A stretch of 64,000 bases of DNA from an uncultured Oscillospiraceae bacterium (GTDB taxonomy: Bacteria > Bacillota > Clostridia > Oscillospirales > Oscillospiraceae). This document shows positions 19,928 to 27,104 of the stretch, piece after piece. The notes under the pieces were generated by a model, which worked only from the letters and a program-made list of their open reading frames with translations, did not search any database and was not told where the DNA came from. The DNA is taken from contig CALWXG010000002.1 in assembly GCA_944385435.1 (NCBI GenBank), forward strand, positions 18,806-82,805. Direction: 5' to 3'. The position numbers and the translations under genes are program-made. The first letter of the stretch is position 1. Each line of letters opens with the position of its first letter.

Positions 19928-19960
19928 TTGACAACACACGACAGTTAGAATATGCTAACT
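19928..19960 (+). promoter_or_regulatory. promoter of the ZIP transporter gene with an overlapping palindrome
   Basis: TTGACA (19928-19933), 17-nt spacer, TATGCT (19951-19956). The inverted repeat AGTTAG-n6-CTAACT (19943-19960) spans the -10. Confidence 0.45.
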
Positions 19961-20035
19961 GAAGGAAACACACAATGAGATCCCGGCCGGGGCAGCAGAT
20001 GCCGCGGCAGACGACGGATGGAGGGGAGAGCGGAA

Positions 20036-20818
20036 ATGGAATTGGTGGTATTCTGGGGATTATTTGCCCCGTTTCTTGGAACAACACTGGGGGCCGCCGG
20101 AGTCTTTTTTCTGAAAAAGGGGCTGGGCGACCGGATGCAGCGGGGATTGACCGGGTTTGCGGCCGGCGTTATGGTGGCCGCCTCCGTCTGGAGCCTGCTG
20201 ATCCCGGCCATGGAACAGTCCGCCGGAGCGGGGCAATGGGCCTTTTTGCCGGCGGTCATCGGCTTTTGGGCCGGCATTGTTTTTTTGCTGGGACTGGATC
20301 ATCTGATTCCCCATCTCCACCAGAAGAGCCGGCAGGCGGAAGGACTGCCCGCGAAGCTGCGGCGCTCCACCATGATGGTGCTGGCCGTCACCCTTCACAA
20401 CATCCCGGAGGGAATGGCAGTGGGGGTGGTCTATGCGGGCTATCTGGCTGGAGACGGACAGATTACGGCCATGGGCGCCCTGGCGCTGTCCTTGGGGATT
20501 GCCATTCAGAACTTTCCGGAAGGGGCCATCATCTCCATGCCCCTGCGGGCGGAGGGAGCGGGCAAGGCCCGGGCTTTTGGAGGCGGTGTGATCTCTGGCG
20601 CGGTGGAACCGGTGGGGGCTCTGCTGACCATCCTGGCGGCCGGACTGGTGGTTCCGGCGCTGCCCTATCTGCTGAGTTTTGCTGCCGGAGCCATGCTCTA
20701 TGTGGTGGTGGAGGAGCTGATCCCTGAGATGTCCCAGGGGGAACACTCTGACATTGGCACGCTGTCCTTCGCCTTGGGATTTACCCTGATGATGGCGCTG
20801 GATGTGGCACTGGGCTGA
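20036..20818 (+). CDS. ZIP family metal (zinc/iron) transporter, ZupT-like
   Basis: Multi-TM protein with HNIPEGMAVGV and IAIQNFPEGAIISMPL motifs. ATG 20036 is preferred (GGAGGGGAGAG SD); 20018 is the alternative. Confidence 0.85.
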   Translation: MELVVFWGLFAPFLGTTLGAAGVFFLKKGLGDRMQRGLTGFAAGVMVAASVWSLLIPAMEQSAGAGQWAFLPAVIGFWAGIVFLLGLDHLIPHLHQKSRQAEGLPAKLRRSTMMVLAVTLHNIPEGMAVGVVYAGYLAGDGQITAMGALALSLGIAIQNFPEGAIISMPLRAEGAGKARAFGGGVISGAVEPVGALLTILAAGLVVPALPYLLSFAAGAMLYVVVEELIPEMSQGEHSDIGTLSFALGFTLMMALDVALG

Positions 20819-20864
20819 GGCCACGGTGCGTCCGCCCATTGGATCGGATCCGGAGACAGAAAAA

Positions 20865-20906
20865 GGCTGGCGGACAGTTCCTCTGCGCGGGAACTGTCCG
20901 CCAGCC
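20865..20906. terminator. bidirectional terminator hairpin
   Basis: GGCTGGCGGACAGTTCC tctgcgcg GGAACTGTCCGCCAGCC, a 17-bp stem between convergent genes. Confidence 0.65.
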
Positions 20907-20952
20907 TGTGTCTGCAGGGCATGATCCGGGACACGGCTTGGCCCGGACGGAT

Positions 20953-21825
20953 TCAGGGTTGGGTTCCGGTGTGTCTGCGCTGTGCTTTTTTCTCCCGGCG
21001 GGCCTGTTTTTTACGCTGCAGCTCTTCTTTGGCCAGGGCTGCCGCAGCCTGGATATCCTCGTGACGCACGGTAAAGCGGGAGGACACCTTTATGTTTGCA
21101 TAGCGGTTGCGGAATCTCCGGCTCTGCTGCTCCAGCCGTATGATCCTCTGGCGGTAAGAGTCCCTCAGTGCCGCAGCCTGTTCTCCGTGCTTTTCCTTGA
21201 AAAGGGCGGCCCGGCACTCCAGCAGATCGTTCAGTTCTGCCTTGCCCAGGGCAAACTGAAGCTGCAGTTCCTGTCCGGCGGCGGTCACCTCGGAGATTAA
21301 CCGGGAGATCAGAGCCAGGTGGCGGATGGTCAGCACCGTATCCGTGAGCAGAAGGACCAGGAGCACCGCGCACAGGCTGTTGACCAGCCAGCCTGGAATC
21401 CGGCTGTAGAGTTCCTGGATGGGCGGATGGATCCAGAAGATCACCACATAGGACAGCAGGCCCCATACCAGGGCCACCCACAGGCAGATCCGGCCCTTGA
21501 GGTTGAACCGGTACTGGGAGTAATCCCAGTATTTCACGTGAGTTGTGACCTCCAGCAGCCAGCCCACAAAGTACTCCCATCCGCTCATTACCACCACAGA
21601 GACGAGATAGAACAGCAGGATATGGTCGGTCAGCGGGGTAAAGAACAGGATCATAAGCAGCACGCCGGTCCCGTAGATGGGGCAGACCGGGCCGTATAAA
21701 AAGCCACGCGGGACCAGACGGTGCTGATGGAGGGAACAGTAGGTGGTCTCGATCAGCCAGCCGAGAAAGGAATAGAGCATGAAATAGAGAAACAGTTCCG
21801 CAACTGGATAACCCAGAATGGTCAT
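20953..21825 (-). CDS. membrane protein (putative ABC-transporter type IV / PF06541-like) with C-terminal coiled coil
   Basis: The N-terminus ELFLYFMLYSFLGWLIETTYCSL...GFLYGPVCPIYGTGVLL is typical of that family. The basic C-terminal tail is predicted helical. Confidence 0.5.
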   Translation of the reverse strand: MTILGYPVAELFLYFMLYSFLGWLIETTYCSLHQHRLVPRGFLYGPVCPIYGTGVLLMILFFTPLTDHILLFYLVSVVVMSGWEYFVGWLLEVTTHVKYWDYSQYRFNLKGRICLWVALVWGLLSYVVIFWIHPPIQELYSRIPGWLVNSLCAVLLVLLLTDTVLTIRHLALISRLISEVTAAGQELQLQFALGKAELNDLLECRAALFKEKHGEQAAALRDSYRQRIIRLEQQSRRFRNRYANIKVSSRFTVRHEDIQAAAALAKEELQRKKQARREKKAQRRHTGTQP

Positions 21826-21830
21826 GGCGT

Positions 21831-22355
21831 TCAGCCTTTCTTTTCTGCATCGGACAGCAGAACGTTCAGAATCCCGTTATAGATCCGGTCGGGGTGCTGT
21901 TTGAACCGGTGGACAATCTGTGCGCCTTCCGCTTCGGAGGGAGCCTGCAAAGACAGGGAGAAGACAAGGCCGTGGTCATCCAGCAGCTTCAGATTGACCT
22001 GAAACATGCCGTCGTGGAGTTCTTTCACATTGCCCTGGACAAAGGTGTCCGTTTTCCAGGCGTCGATCTTCCGGTCACAGTACATAAGCAGCGCAGAAGA
22101 GAGGCTGCTCTCTGCCGCCGCGCAGGCAGAGCGGCCCTTTTCCGTAATGGAATACAGCTCTGCATTCTGGGCGAGGTGACCGCTGTTGAGCAATTCCGGC
22201 ACAACCTGTGCGAACACGAAATAGTTGATGCCTCCGGCGTTCATGGACAAGTCCCGGAAGGTGTCGTAGTCGATGGGAATGGACACCTTGGAAAGGATGT
22301 GCAGGACCAGCAGTTTGGTGTTGAGTGTGCTTTTGGGAAAATCGAATCCGGCCAA
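21831..22355 (-). CDS. DUF4364 family protein (putative regulator)
   Basis: TTG start after AAGGAGGA. KLLVLHILSKVSIPIDYDTFRDLSM...NYFVFAQVVPELLNSGHL...YSITEKG resembles DUF4364 as I recall it. Confidence 0.5.
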   Translation of the reverse strand: MAGFDFPKSTLNTKLLVLHILSKVSIPIDYDTFRDLSMNAGGINYFVFAQVVPELLNSGHLAQNAELYSITEKGRSACAAAESSLSSALLMYCDRKIDAWKTDTFVQGNVKELHDGMFQVNLKLLDDHGLVFSLSLQAPSEAEGAQIVHRFKQHPDRIYNGILNVLLSDAEKKG

Positions 22356-22420
22356 AGGGAGTTCCTCCTTTGCAAGCTGTTCCGGGTTTTTATATCCGCA
22401 CAGCCGGAAATTTACTCCTT

Positions 22421-22449
22421 ATTATAATAGATTCATCCGGCGCTTACAA
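22421..22449 (-). promoter_or_regulatory. sigma-A type promoter (minus strand) upstream of the DUF4364 gene
   Basis: On the minus strand: TTGTAA (22444-22449), 17-nt spacer, TATAAT (22421-22426). Confidence 0.5.
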
Positions 22450-22475
22450 GGAAAAGATGCGGTGCAGGTTTGAAT

Positions 22476-23012
22476 TCAGGAGGTCCTGGATCTGACATCC
22501 CGCAGAACGTACATATGATAGAGCCGGATGAGAAATTCCCAGGTGGCACGGTTCAGTTCACCGGTGGCGGGCAGGCCGCTCAGCTGCTGCAGGCGCATCA
22601 GATTTTCCTGGGTCGGCCCCAGATTGCGCCGGTCTGTTTCACAGGGGGCAAAATTAGAGACCAGGGAACCCAGGGAACAGAACAGGGTCTGGGCGACCTG
22701 GACCGGGTGGCTGGAGTCTCCGGCCGGTGTGGAAAACTCCCCGTGGGGAAGTACCTGGAGGGGGGAGGGGGGACCGTAGTGCAGCAGATCCTCCAGATAC
22801 GCCTCTACGATCGCGTACCAGCTTGCATGATCCACCACGCCTGTGACCGGCAGGCCAAAGTCGCGTTGGAAGATCATCACCGCCTCCAGTGTCGGTTCGT
22901 CAAAGATTCCGGTTATGGCCAGCCTGGGCAGCTGGGGATGTCGGTGGGAGAGCTGGTCCAGCATACGCTGCAGATCTCGGGTGGCTGCCGCCGCGGCAGA
23001 CTGGTATTCCAT
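22476..23012 (-). CDS. peptidoglycan-binding (PG_binding_1) domain protein
   Basis: ITGIFDEPTLEAVMIFQRDFGLPVTGVVDHASWYAIV and LMRLQQLSGLPATGELNRATWEFL repeats. ATG at 23012 after GGAAGGAG. Confidence 0.65.
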   Translation of the reverse strand: MEYQSAAAAATRDLQRMLDQLSHRHPQLPRLAITGIFDEPTLEAVMIFQRDFGLPVTGVVDHASWYAIVEAYLEDLLHYGPPSPLQVLPHGEFSTPAGDSSHPVQVAQTLFCSLGSLVSNFAPCETDRRNLGPTQENLMRLQQLSGLPATGELNRATWEFLIRLYHMYVLRDVRSRTS

Positions 23013-23034
23013 AGGTGGCGCGCTCCTTCCTTTC

Positions 23035-24207
23035 TCAAATTGGGTAGGCAAGGTCAAAGCCCGGATATTGTCCCGTGACTGCAGCCTCGATCTCATCCGG
23101 GGTTACAGGCAGACCGGCGCCGGCCAGCAGCGTATCGGAGACCGCGACGTAGGCGTCGTACAGAGCCATCCAGGTTTCATTATTTACCGTTCCGGTGGGT
23201 TCTAATCCCAGATAGCGCTGGGCGTCCGCAACTGCCTGCCGGGTTTTCGGACCGTAGATCCCATCGATGTCCAGGGTGGGAAAGTTGTACAGCACCTGAC
23301 CGAGCACGGTGATGAAGAACTGGAGGGCGGATACGGCGGGACCGGTGCTGCCCTCCCGGAGCGTTACGCCGCTGCCGGGAGCCTGCACCTGGGTGAAGGT
23401 CTGACCCTCGCTGGCCAGCTCCGACAGGCGGGTGACGCCCACATAGAGGAATACCAGCTTGTACCATGTGGCCCGACCCACAATGCCGTCGGAAATCAGG
23501 CCGAAGATCCGCTGGAATTCCCGCACTGCCTGCTGGGTCTTCGGACCAAAAATACCGTCCACCGGATAGATGCGTGGAATGGCCGGATAATTGCGGGCAA
23601 TCCGGTTCAGCATGGTCTGGAGGACCACGACGTACTCTCCGGAGGAGCCGTTTCGGAGGGGATAGCCGGGATAGGAACTGGTGATGTTCCGGACCGGCGC
23701 CGAGGTGACCAGCTCAATGTCGTTCCCGTAATAATATCGGAGGATTTCCATGGCGCTATAGCCCTGACGGGCAAGCTCCTCACTCCCCCATTGGGAGAGA
23801 CCGTCGCAGGTGACGGTGGTGCCGTTGCAGAACCGGGCGGACAGCGGCTCCACATACCCGATCCGCCGGATATAGGAGGTAAACAGCTCATCCACCAGCC
23901 GGTCTATATTTTCAAAGGTGCTCCTGCCCTTGATGAATTTCTGATCGTTGACCGGAGAGGACGTGATGTCAAATTCATAACCCCGGCTGGGGTAATATTC
24001 CGTATAGACCCGGTTGAGCGCGAAGGAGATCTGGGCGAGGATGTTGGCCCGCAGCGCGGCCTCCGGCCAGGTGGGATAGATCTCGCTGGAGGCCACGTTC
24101 TTGATGTAATCCGGGAACGAGACGGTCACATTTTCCGCCCACTGATCCGCCGGTGCGAGATGGACGGTGATGTACTGAGGTACGTATGGGATAACGCTGA
24201 GTGGCAT
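23035..24207 (-). CDS. SleC-like spore cortex-lytic enzyme body (SpoIID/LytB-like domain plus two PG-binding repeats)
   Basis: YIKNVASSEIYPTWPEAALRANILAQISFALNRVYTEYYPSRGYEFDITSS...DQKF...GLSQWGS...EILRYYYG, followed by GIFGPKTQQAVREFQRIFGL and GIYGPKTRQAVADAQRYLGL. It aligns by eye with the mature region of clostridial SleC as I remember it. Confidence 0.7.
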   Translation of the reverse strand: MPLSVIPYVPQYITVHLAPADQWAENVTVSFPDYIKNVASSEIYPTWPEAALRANILAQISFALNRVYTEYYPSRGYEFDITSSPVNDQKFIKGRSTFENIDRLVDELFTSYIRRIGYVEPLSARFCNGTTVTCDGLSQWGSEELARQGYSAMEILRYYYGNDIELVTSAPVRNITSSYPGYPLRNGSSGEYVVVLQTMLNRIARNYPAIPRIYPVDGIFGPKTQQAVREFQRIFGLISDGIVGRATWYKLVFLYVGVTRLSELASEGQTFTQVQAPGSGVTLREGSTGPAVSALQFFITVLGQVLYNFPTLDIDGIYGPKTRQAVADAQRYLGLEPTGTVNNETWMALYDAYVAVSDTLLAGAGLPVTPDEIEAAVTGQYPGFDLAYPI

Positions 24208-24232
24208 GAAGAAACTCCTTTCCTGCGGCGGG

Positions 24233-24613
24233 TCACAGGGGCTGTGGCGTTACCGTGGTGACGCCGCTTCCGGAGCCTTGGGCGTCCCTTGGTATCATCG
24301 GCACGTCCTGGACAGTCTGGACGCCCGGGAATACCTGGAGGTTCAGAAACGTGGCCAGTTCATAGTCGGGATGCTCCACCAGAAGCATATAGTTGAAGAA
24401 CGGATCCGGTTTATCCGGGCTGAGACTCTCGTCCAGATCCGGCGCCGCAAGCTCAAACGGGCCTGCAATTCCACTCTCGTCCGTGATGCGCACGGCGATG
24501 ATTTCATGCCGCCCATCCTCTTTGGCCGAAGCCACCACTGCGGTGGCCCCGGAAATGGGAATCTGAGCCCTTGATAAAAATACCCGCACAATGAGGGAAC
24601 CGGTTTGGGGCAC
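24233..24613 (-). CDS. small protein resembling the N-terminal pre/pro region of SleC (carboxypeptidase-regulatory-like fold)
   Basis: MPQTGSLIVRVFLSRAQIPISGATAVVAS...DESGIAGPFELAAPDLDESLSP...NYMLLVEHPDYELATFLNLQVFPG parallels the SleC N-terminus (LTVSIIDA...NESGQVTGLVLPAPD...NYILVVTADGFETVV). A separate ORF with its own stop. The next gene has AGGAAAGGAG SD. Confidence 0.55.
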   Translation of the reverse strand: MPQTGSLIVRVFLSRAQIPISGATAVVASAKEDGRHEIIAVRITDESGIAGPFELAAPDLDESLSPDKPDPFFNYMLLVEHPDYELATFLNLQVFPGVQTVQDVPMIPRDAQGSGSGVTTVTPQPL

Positions 24614-24679
24614 AGGGAATCACTCCTCTCTGATCAGATACAATGCAGTCTATGTCTCCCGGATAAAAATATGAAAAGT

Positions 24680-24720
24680 TTGTTAAAAAAATTGACAAGT
24701 CAGTTCAAATGAGATACAAT
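24680..24720 (+). promoter_or_regulatory. rex promoter with a candidate Rex operator
   Basis: TTGACA (24692-24697), 17-nt spacer, TACAAT (24715-24720). The overlapping inverted half-sites TTGTTAA-aaaaa-TTGACAA (24680-24698) resemble the clostridial Rex box TTGTTAAnnnnTTAACAA, but with a 5-nt spacer. Confidence 0.5.
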
Positions 24721-24762
24721 GAAGCAGAGAATTTCAAATCATTTTGGTCTTGGTGGCGAATT

Positions 24763-25410
24763 ATGAAAAAAGAAAAGATATCATCTGCGGTGATACGTCG
24801 TCTGCCGCGTTACTACCGGCATTTGGACGATTTGTACCGCAATGGAGTGGTTCGGATTTCCTCCAGCGCTCTCGCCAAGTCCATGGGCCTGACCGCCTCC
24901 CAGATCCGGCAGGATCTGTCCTGTTTTGGAGGATTCGGGCAGCAGGGATATGGATACAATGTGGAGCGGCTGCGCAGCGAAGTGGCGGACATTCTGGGCA
25001 TGAACCGGGCCCACACCGTTGTGATTCTGGGCGCGGGCAACCTGGGCCGGGCGCTGATTGAAAACTTCCCATTCCGAGCCAACGGTTTCCGGCTGATTGC
25101 CGCATTTGATGTGGATCCGGTGCTGGTTGGGACCAGACTGGGAGGTGTACCCGTCTACCACACCCAGATGCTGGAGTCCTATATGCGGGAGCACAAAGTG
25201 AATGTGGGCGTATTGACCGTCCCCGGACCGGTGGCTGTGGAGTCGGCTTACCGCCTGTATGAGTGCGGAATTGAGGGCATCTGGAACTTCACCAACATCG
25301 AGCTGCCGGAGCAGAAGATGGAGAGCGTCAAGGTGGAAAATGTGCACTTCGCGGACAGTCTTCTGACCTTGAGTTATATGATTTCGGCGTCAGCAGAGGA
25401 GCAGTTATGA
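24763..25410 (+). CDS. rex: redox-sensing transcriptional repressor Rex
   Basis: ISSAVIRRLPRYYRHLDDL...ISSSALAKSMGLTASQIRQDLSCFGGFGQQGYGYNV...VILGAGNLGRAL. Confidence 0.92.
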   Translation: MKKEKISSAVIRRLPRYYRHLDDLYRNGVVRISSSALAKSMGLTASQIRQDLSCFGGFGQQGYGYNVERLRSEVADILGMNRAHTVVILGAGNLGRALIENFPFRANGFRLIAAFDVDPVLVGTRLGGVPVYHTQMLESYMREHKVNVGVLTVPGPVAVESAYRLYECGIEGIWNFTNIELPEQKMESVKVENVHFADSLLTLSYMISASAEEQL

Positions 25411-26501
25411 AGAAAAAAACGATTCGAACGATGGTTGCCCTTGGCCTGGCGGTTGCGCTGGGCGGCGCTGCGCTGGCCTCTACCAGCGCTCCCAGTAGTT
25501 CTGTGGTAACACGCAGCTATCTGGAGGGTACCTTTTTCACCGCTTTGAGCAAGAGTATCGATGAGTGGATCCAGAACGGATTTGCACCGGTTCAGGAGGA
25601 GGAACAGGAGCGCCTGGAGCGGATTGCGCGCCAGCACCTGCTGTCCCTGGGTGTGACGCCTGGAACCGTGGAGATTCCCTCCGGCTGGTCCGGCAGCGAC
25701 ACATTCACGGCCCAGAGGGGTCAGTCAGGGGATGCGGTTTCGCTGCTGGAGGGGTCCGGGATCCTTTGGCAGTCCGGCACCGGCACCACGTCCGGCACTT
25801 TGGTGGATGTCACGGACGGCAGGGAGATTCCCTCCGGCAGCACCCTGCAGGAGGGACACCGCTACCTGGCTGTGGAGCTGGCCACAATTACCGCCGGATC
25901 TTCCGCGAATTGGTCCGTAGAAGGTGTCTGGGATTCCACCGTCAGGGCGGAGCTGCCCTTCGTGGATGTTCCGGAGGGAAGCTGGTTCTATGACGCCGTG
26001 TACTATGTCTACAACAAGGGGCTCTATAACGGGACCAGCGCCACCGAATTCTCGCCCTCTGACTCCATGGAGCGGGGCATGATGACAACCGTGCTCCACC
26101 GGCTGGCCGGCAGTCCTGCTGTGGATTACGAACCGATTTTCAGCGATATTCCCGACGGCACCTGGTATACAGACGGAACCGTGTGGGCTGGCAAGAATCA
26201 GATTGTCAACGGTGTGGGGGACCAGTTGTTTGAACCGGGAGATCCGGTGTCCCGCCAGCAGATCGCGGTGATCCTGTACAACTATGCCGATTTTGTCGGT
26301 GCGGACACCTCTGGCCGCAGGGAACTGTCCGGCTTCACGGATGGGAGCCAGGTTGCGGGCTGGGCTCAGGATGCGGTGTCCTGGGCGGTTGCCGCCGGGA
26401 TCATCCAGGGCAGTGACGGGGGACGTATCCTGCCCAATGACAGCGCGACCCGTGCGGAAGTAGCCATTATGCTGCAGCGTTTTGAAAACTGGCTGAATTG
26501 A
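25407..26501 (+). CDS. secreted S-layer-homology (SLH) domain protein, N-domain of unknown function
   Basis: Signal peptide MKKKTIRTMVALGLAVALGGAALAS. Three C-terminal SLH repeats (FVDVPEGSWFYDAVYYVYNKGLYNG; FSDIPDGTWYTDGTVWAGKNQIVNG; FTDGSQVAGWAQDAVSWAVAAGIIQG). ATGA overlap with the rex stop. Confidence 0.75.
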   Translation: MKKKTIRTMVALGLAVALGGAALASTSAPSSSVVTRSYLEGTFFTALSKSIDEWIQNGFAPVQEEEQERLERIARQHLLSLGVTPGTVEIPSGWSGSDTFTAQRGQSGDAVSLLEGSGILWQSGTGTTSGTLVDVTDGREIPSGSTLQEGHRYLAVELATITAGSSANWSVEGVWDSTVRAELPFVDVPEGSWFYDAVYYVYNKGLYNGTSATEFSPSDSMERGMMTTVLHRLAGSPAVDYEPIFSDIPDGTWYTDGTVWAGKNQIVNGVGDQLFEPGDPVSRQQIAVILYNYADFVGADTSGRRELSGFTDGSQVAGWAQDAVSWAVAAGIIQGSDGGRILPNDSATRAEVAIMLQRFENWLN

Positions 26502-26522
26502 TCTCTTGTGTTGATCTGGTTG

Positions 26523-26558
26523 AATTTCAGGCCCGCATTTGCGGGCCTGAAATTTTTT
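26523..26558 (+). terminator. rho-independent terminator after the SLH gene
   Basis: AATTTCAGGCCCGC attt GCGGGCCTGAAATT followed by TTTT. Confidence 0.8.
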
Positions 26559-26579
26559 CTGAGTTTTTTCAAAAAAGGC

Positions 26580-26608
26580 TTGCATTTTGATTTTAACTGT
26601 GCTATTAT
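26580..26608 (+). promoter_or_regulatory. promoter of tRNA-Arg
   Basis: TTGCAT (26580-26585), 17-nt spacer, TATTAT (26603-26608), about 27 nt before the tRNA. Confidence 0.5.
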
Positions 26609-26634
26609 AAATGAGCTGTTTGAGAGAACAGTAT

Positions 26635-26711
26635 GCGGCTGTAGCTCAGCTGGATAGAGTGTTTGGCTACGAACCAAAAGGTCGGGGGTTCGAATCCCTT
26701 CAGCCGTACCA
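26635..26711 (+). tRNA. tRNA-Arg (anticodon ACG), CCA-encoded
   Basis: GCGGCTG-TA-GCTC-AGCTGGATA-GAGT-G-TTTGG-CTACGAA-CCAAA-AGGTC-GGGGG-TTCGAAT-CCCTT-CAGCCGT-ACCA folds as a cloverleaf by hand. The anticodon loop is CT-ACG-AA. Close to the canonical bacterial tRNA-Arg(ACG). Confidence 0.93.
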
Positions 26712-26759
26712 GTAAAAACCGCTCATTCCGAAAGGAATGGGCGGTTTTTCGTACTTTTT
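26703..26759. repeat. direct repeat copy 1 (attL-like): last 9 nt of tRNA-Arg plus its terminator
   Basis: The 46 nt at 26703-26748 (gccgtaccagtaaaaaccgctcattccgaaaggaatgggcggtttt) are identical to 27989-28034. Similarity extends to 57 nt with 2 mismatches. Confidence 0.9.
26715..26749 (+). terminator. rho-independent terminator after tRNA-Arg
   Basis: AAAACCGCTCATTCC gaaa GGAATGGGCGGTTTTT. Confidence 0.8.
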
Positions 26760-26808
26760 CGAAGTTTTGATTTTTAGGAGGATCAGAATAATTCAACTTT
26801 AAATCTGC

Positions 26809-26837
26809 TTGTTAAGTATTGTTTTCTGCGGTATACT
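26809..26837 (+). promoter_or_regulatory. promoter inside the islet driving the RHH-Uma2 pair
   Basis: TTGTTA (26809-26814), 17-nt spacer, TATACT (26832-26837). It is followed by the AGAGGAG SD (26848-26854) and ATG 26865. Confidence 0.5.
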
Positions 26838-26864
26838 GAATAACAACAGAGGAGACGTGCATAT

Positions 26865-27102
26865 ATGCCAGTGTCCCGGAAGCATACAGATTCTCAGAAG
26901 AAAAGTTCCGGAAAATGGGATTCCGCCAACCTGGGACAGAATATCCATTGCAGTTCCCAAAGGCCAAAAAGACGTTATCAAGGCCCACGCTGAGGCCCAA
27001 AGCGAATCTGTCAACAGTTTTATCAATCGGGCCATAGAGGAGACTATGGAGCGGGACAAGGCTGTTTCCGGGAGCACTCAAAGCGTATACAAGGAGGAAT
27101 GA
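26865..27102 (+). pseudogene. ribbon-helix-helix (Arc/CopG-like) gene with an apparent +1 frameshift in a GGG run
   Basis: Frame A from ATG 26865 reads MPVSRKHTDSQKKSSGKWDSANL, then runs into junk and a stop. Frame B continues DRISIAVPKGQKDVIKAHAEAQSESVNSFINRAIEETMERD..., which is a typical RHH strand-helix-helix. The two frames join if one G of ctGGGac (26933-26935) is removed. The TTG start of frame B in the track is the -35 box. Confidence 0.6.
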
Positions 27103-27104
27103 AC

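Noticed and set aside
19706-19930. A possible cobalamin or yybP-ykoY (Mn) riboswitch upstream of the ZIP transporter, suggested by GGGGAGACA and AAGGGAAACCC strings.
   Set aside because: The strings do not extend into the conserved cores (no B12 box GCCACTG, and no GGGGAGUAG...UUGACAUA pairing). They also lie upstream of the predicted promoter, so they would not be in the mRNA leader.
19160-19939. 259-aa minus-strand ORF spanning the Spo0A_C gene and its flanks.
   Set aside because: It overlaps a better-supported plus-strand gene, crosses a terminator hairpin and a promoter, and has no recognisable motifs.
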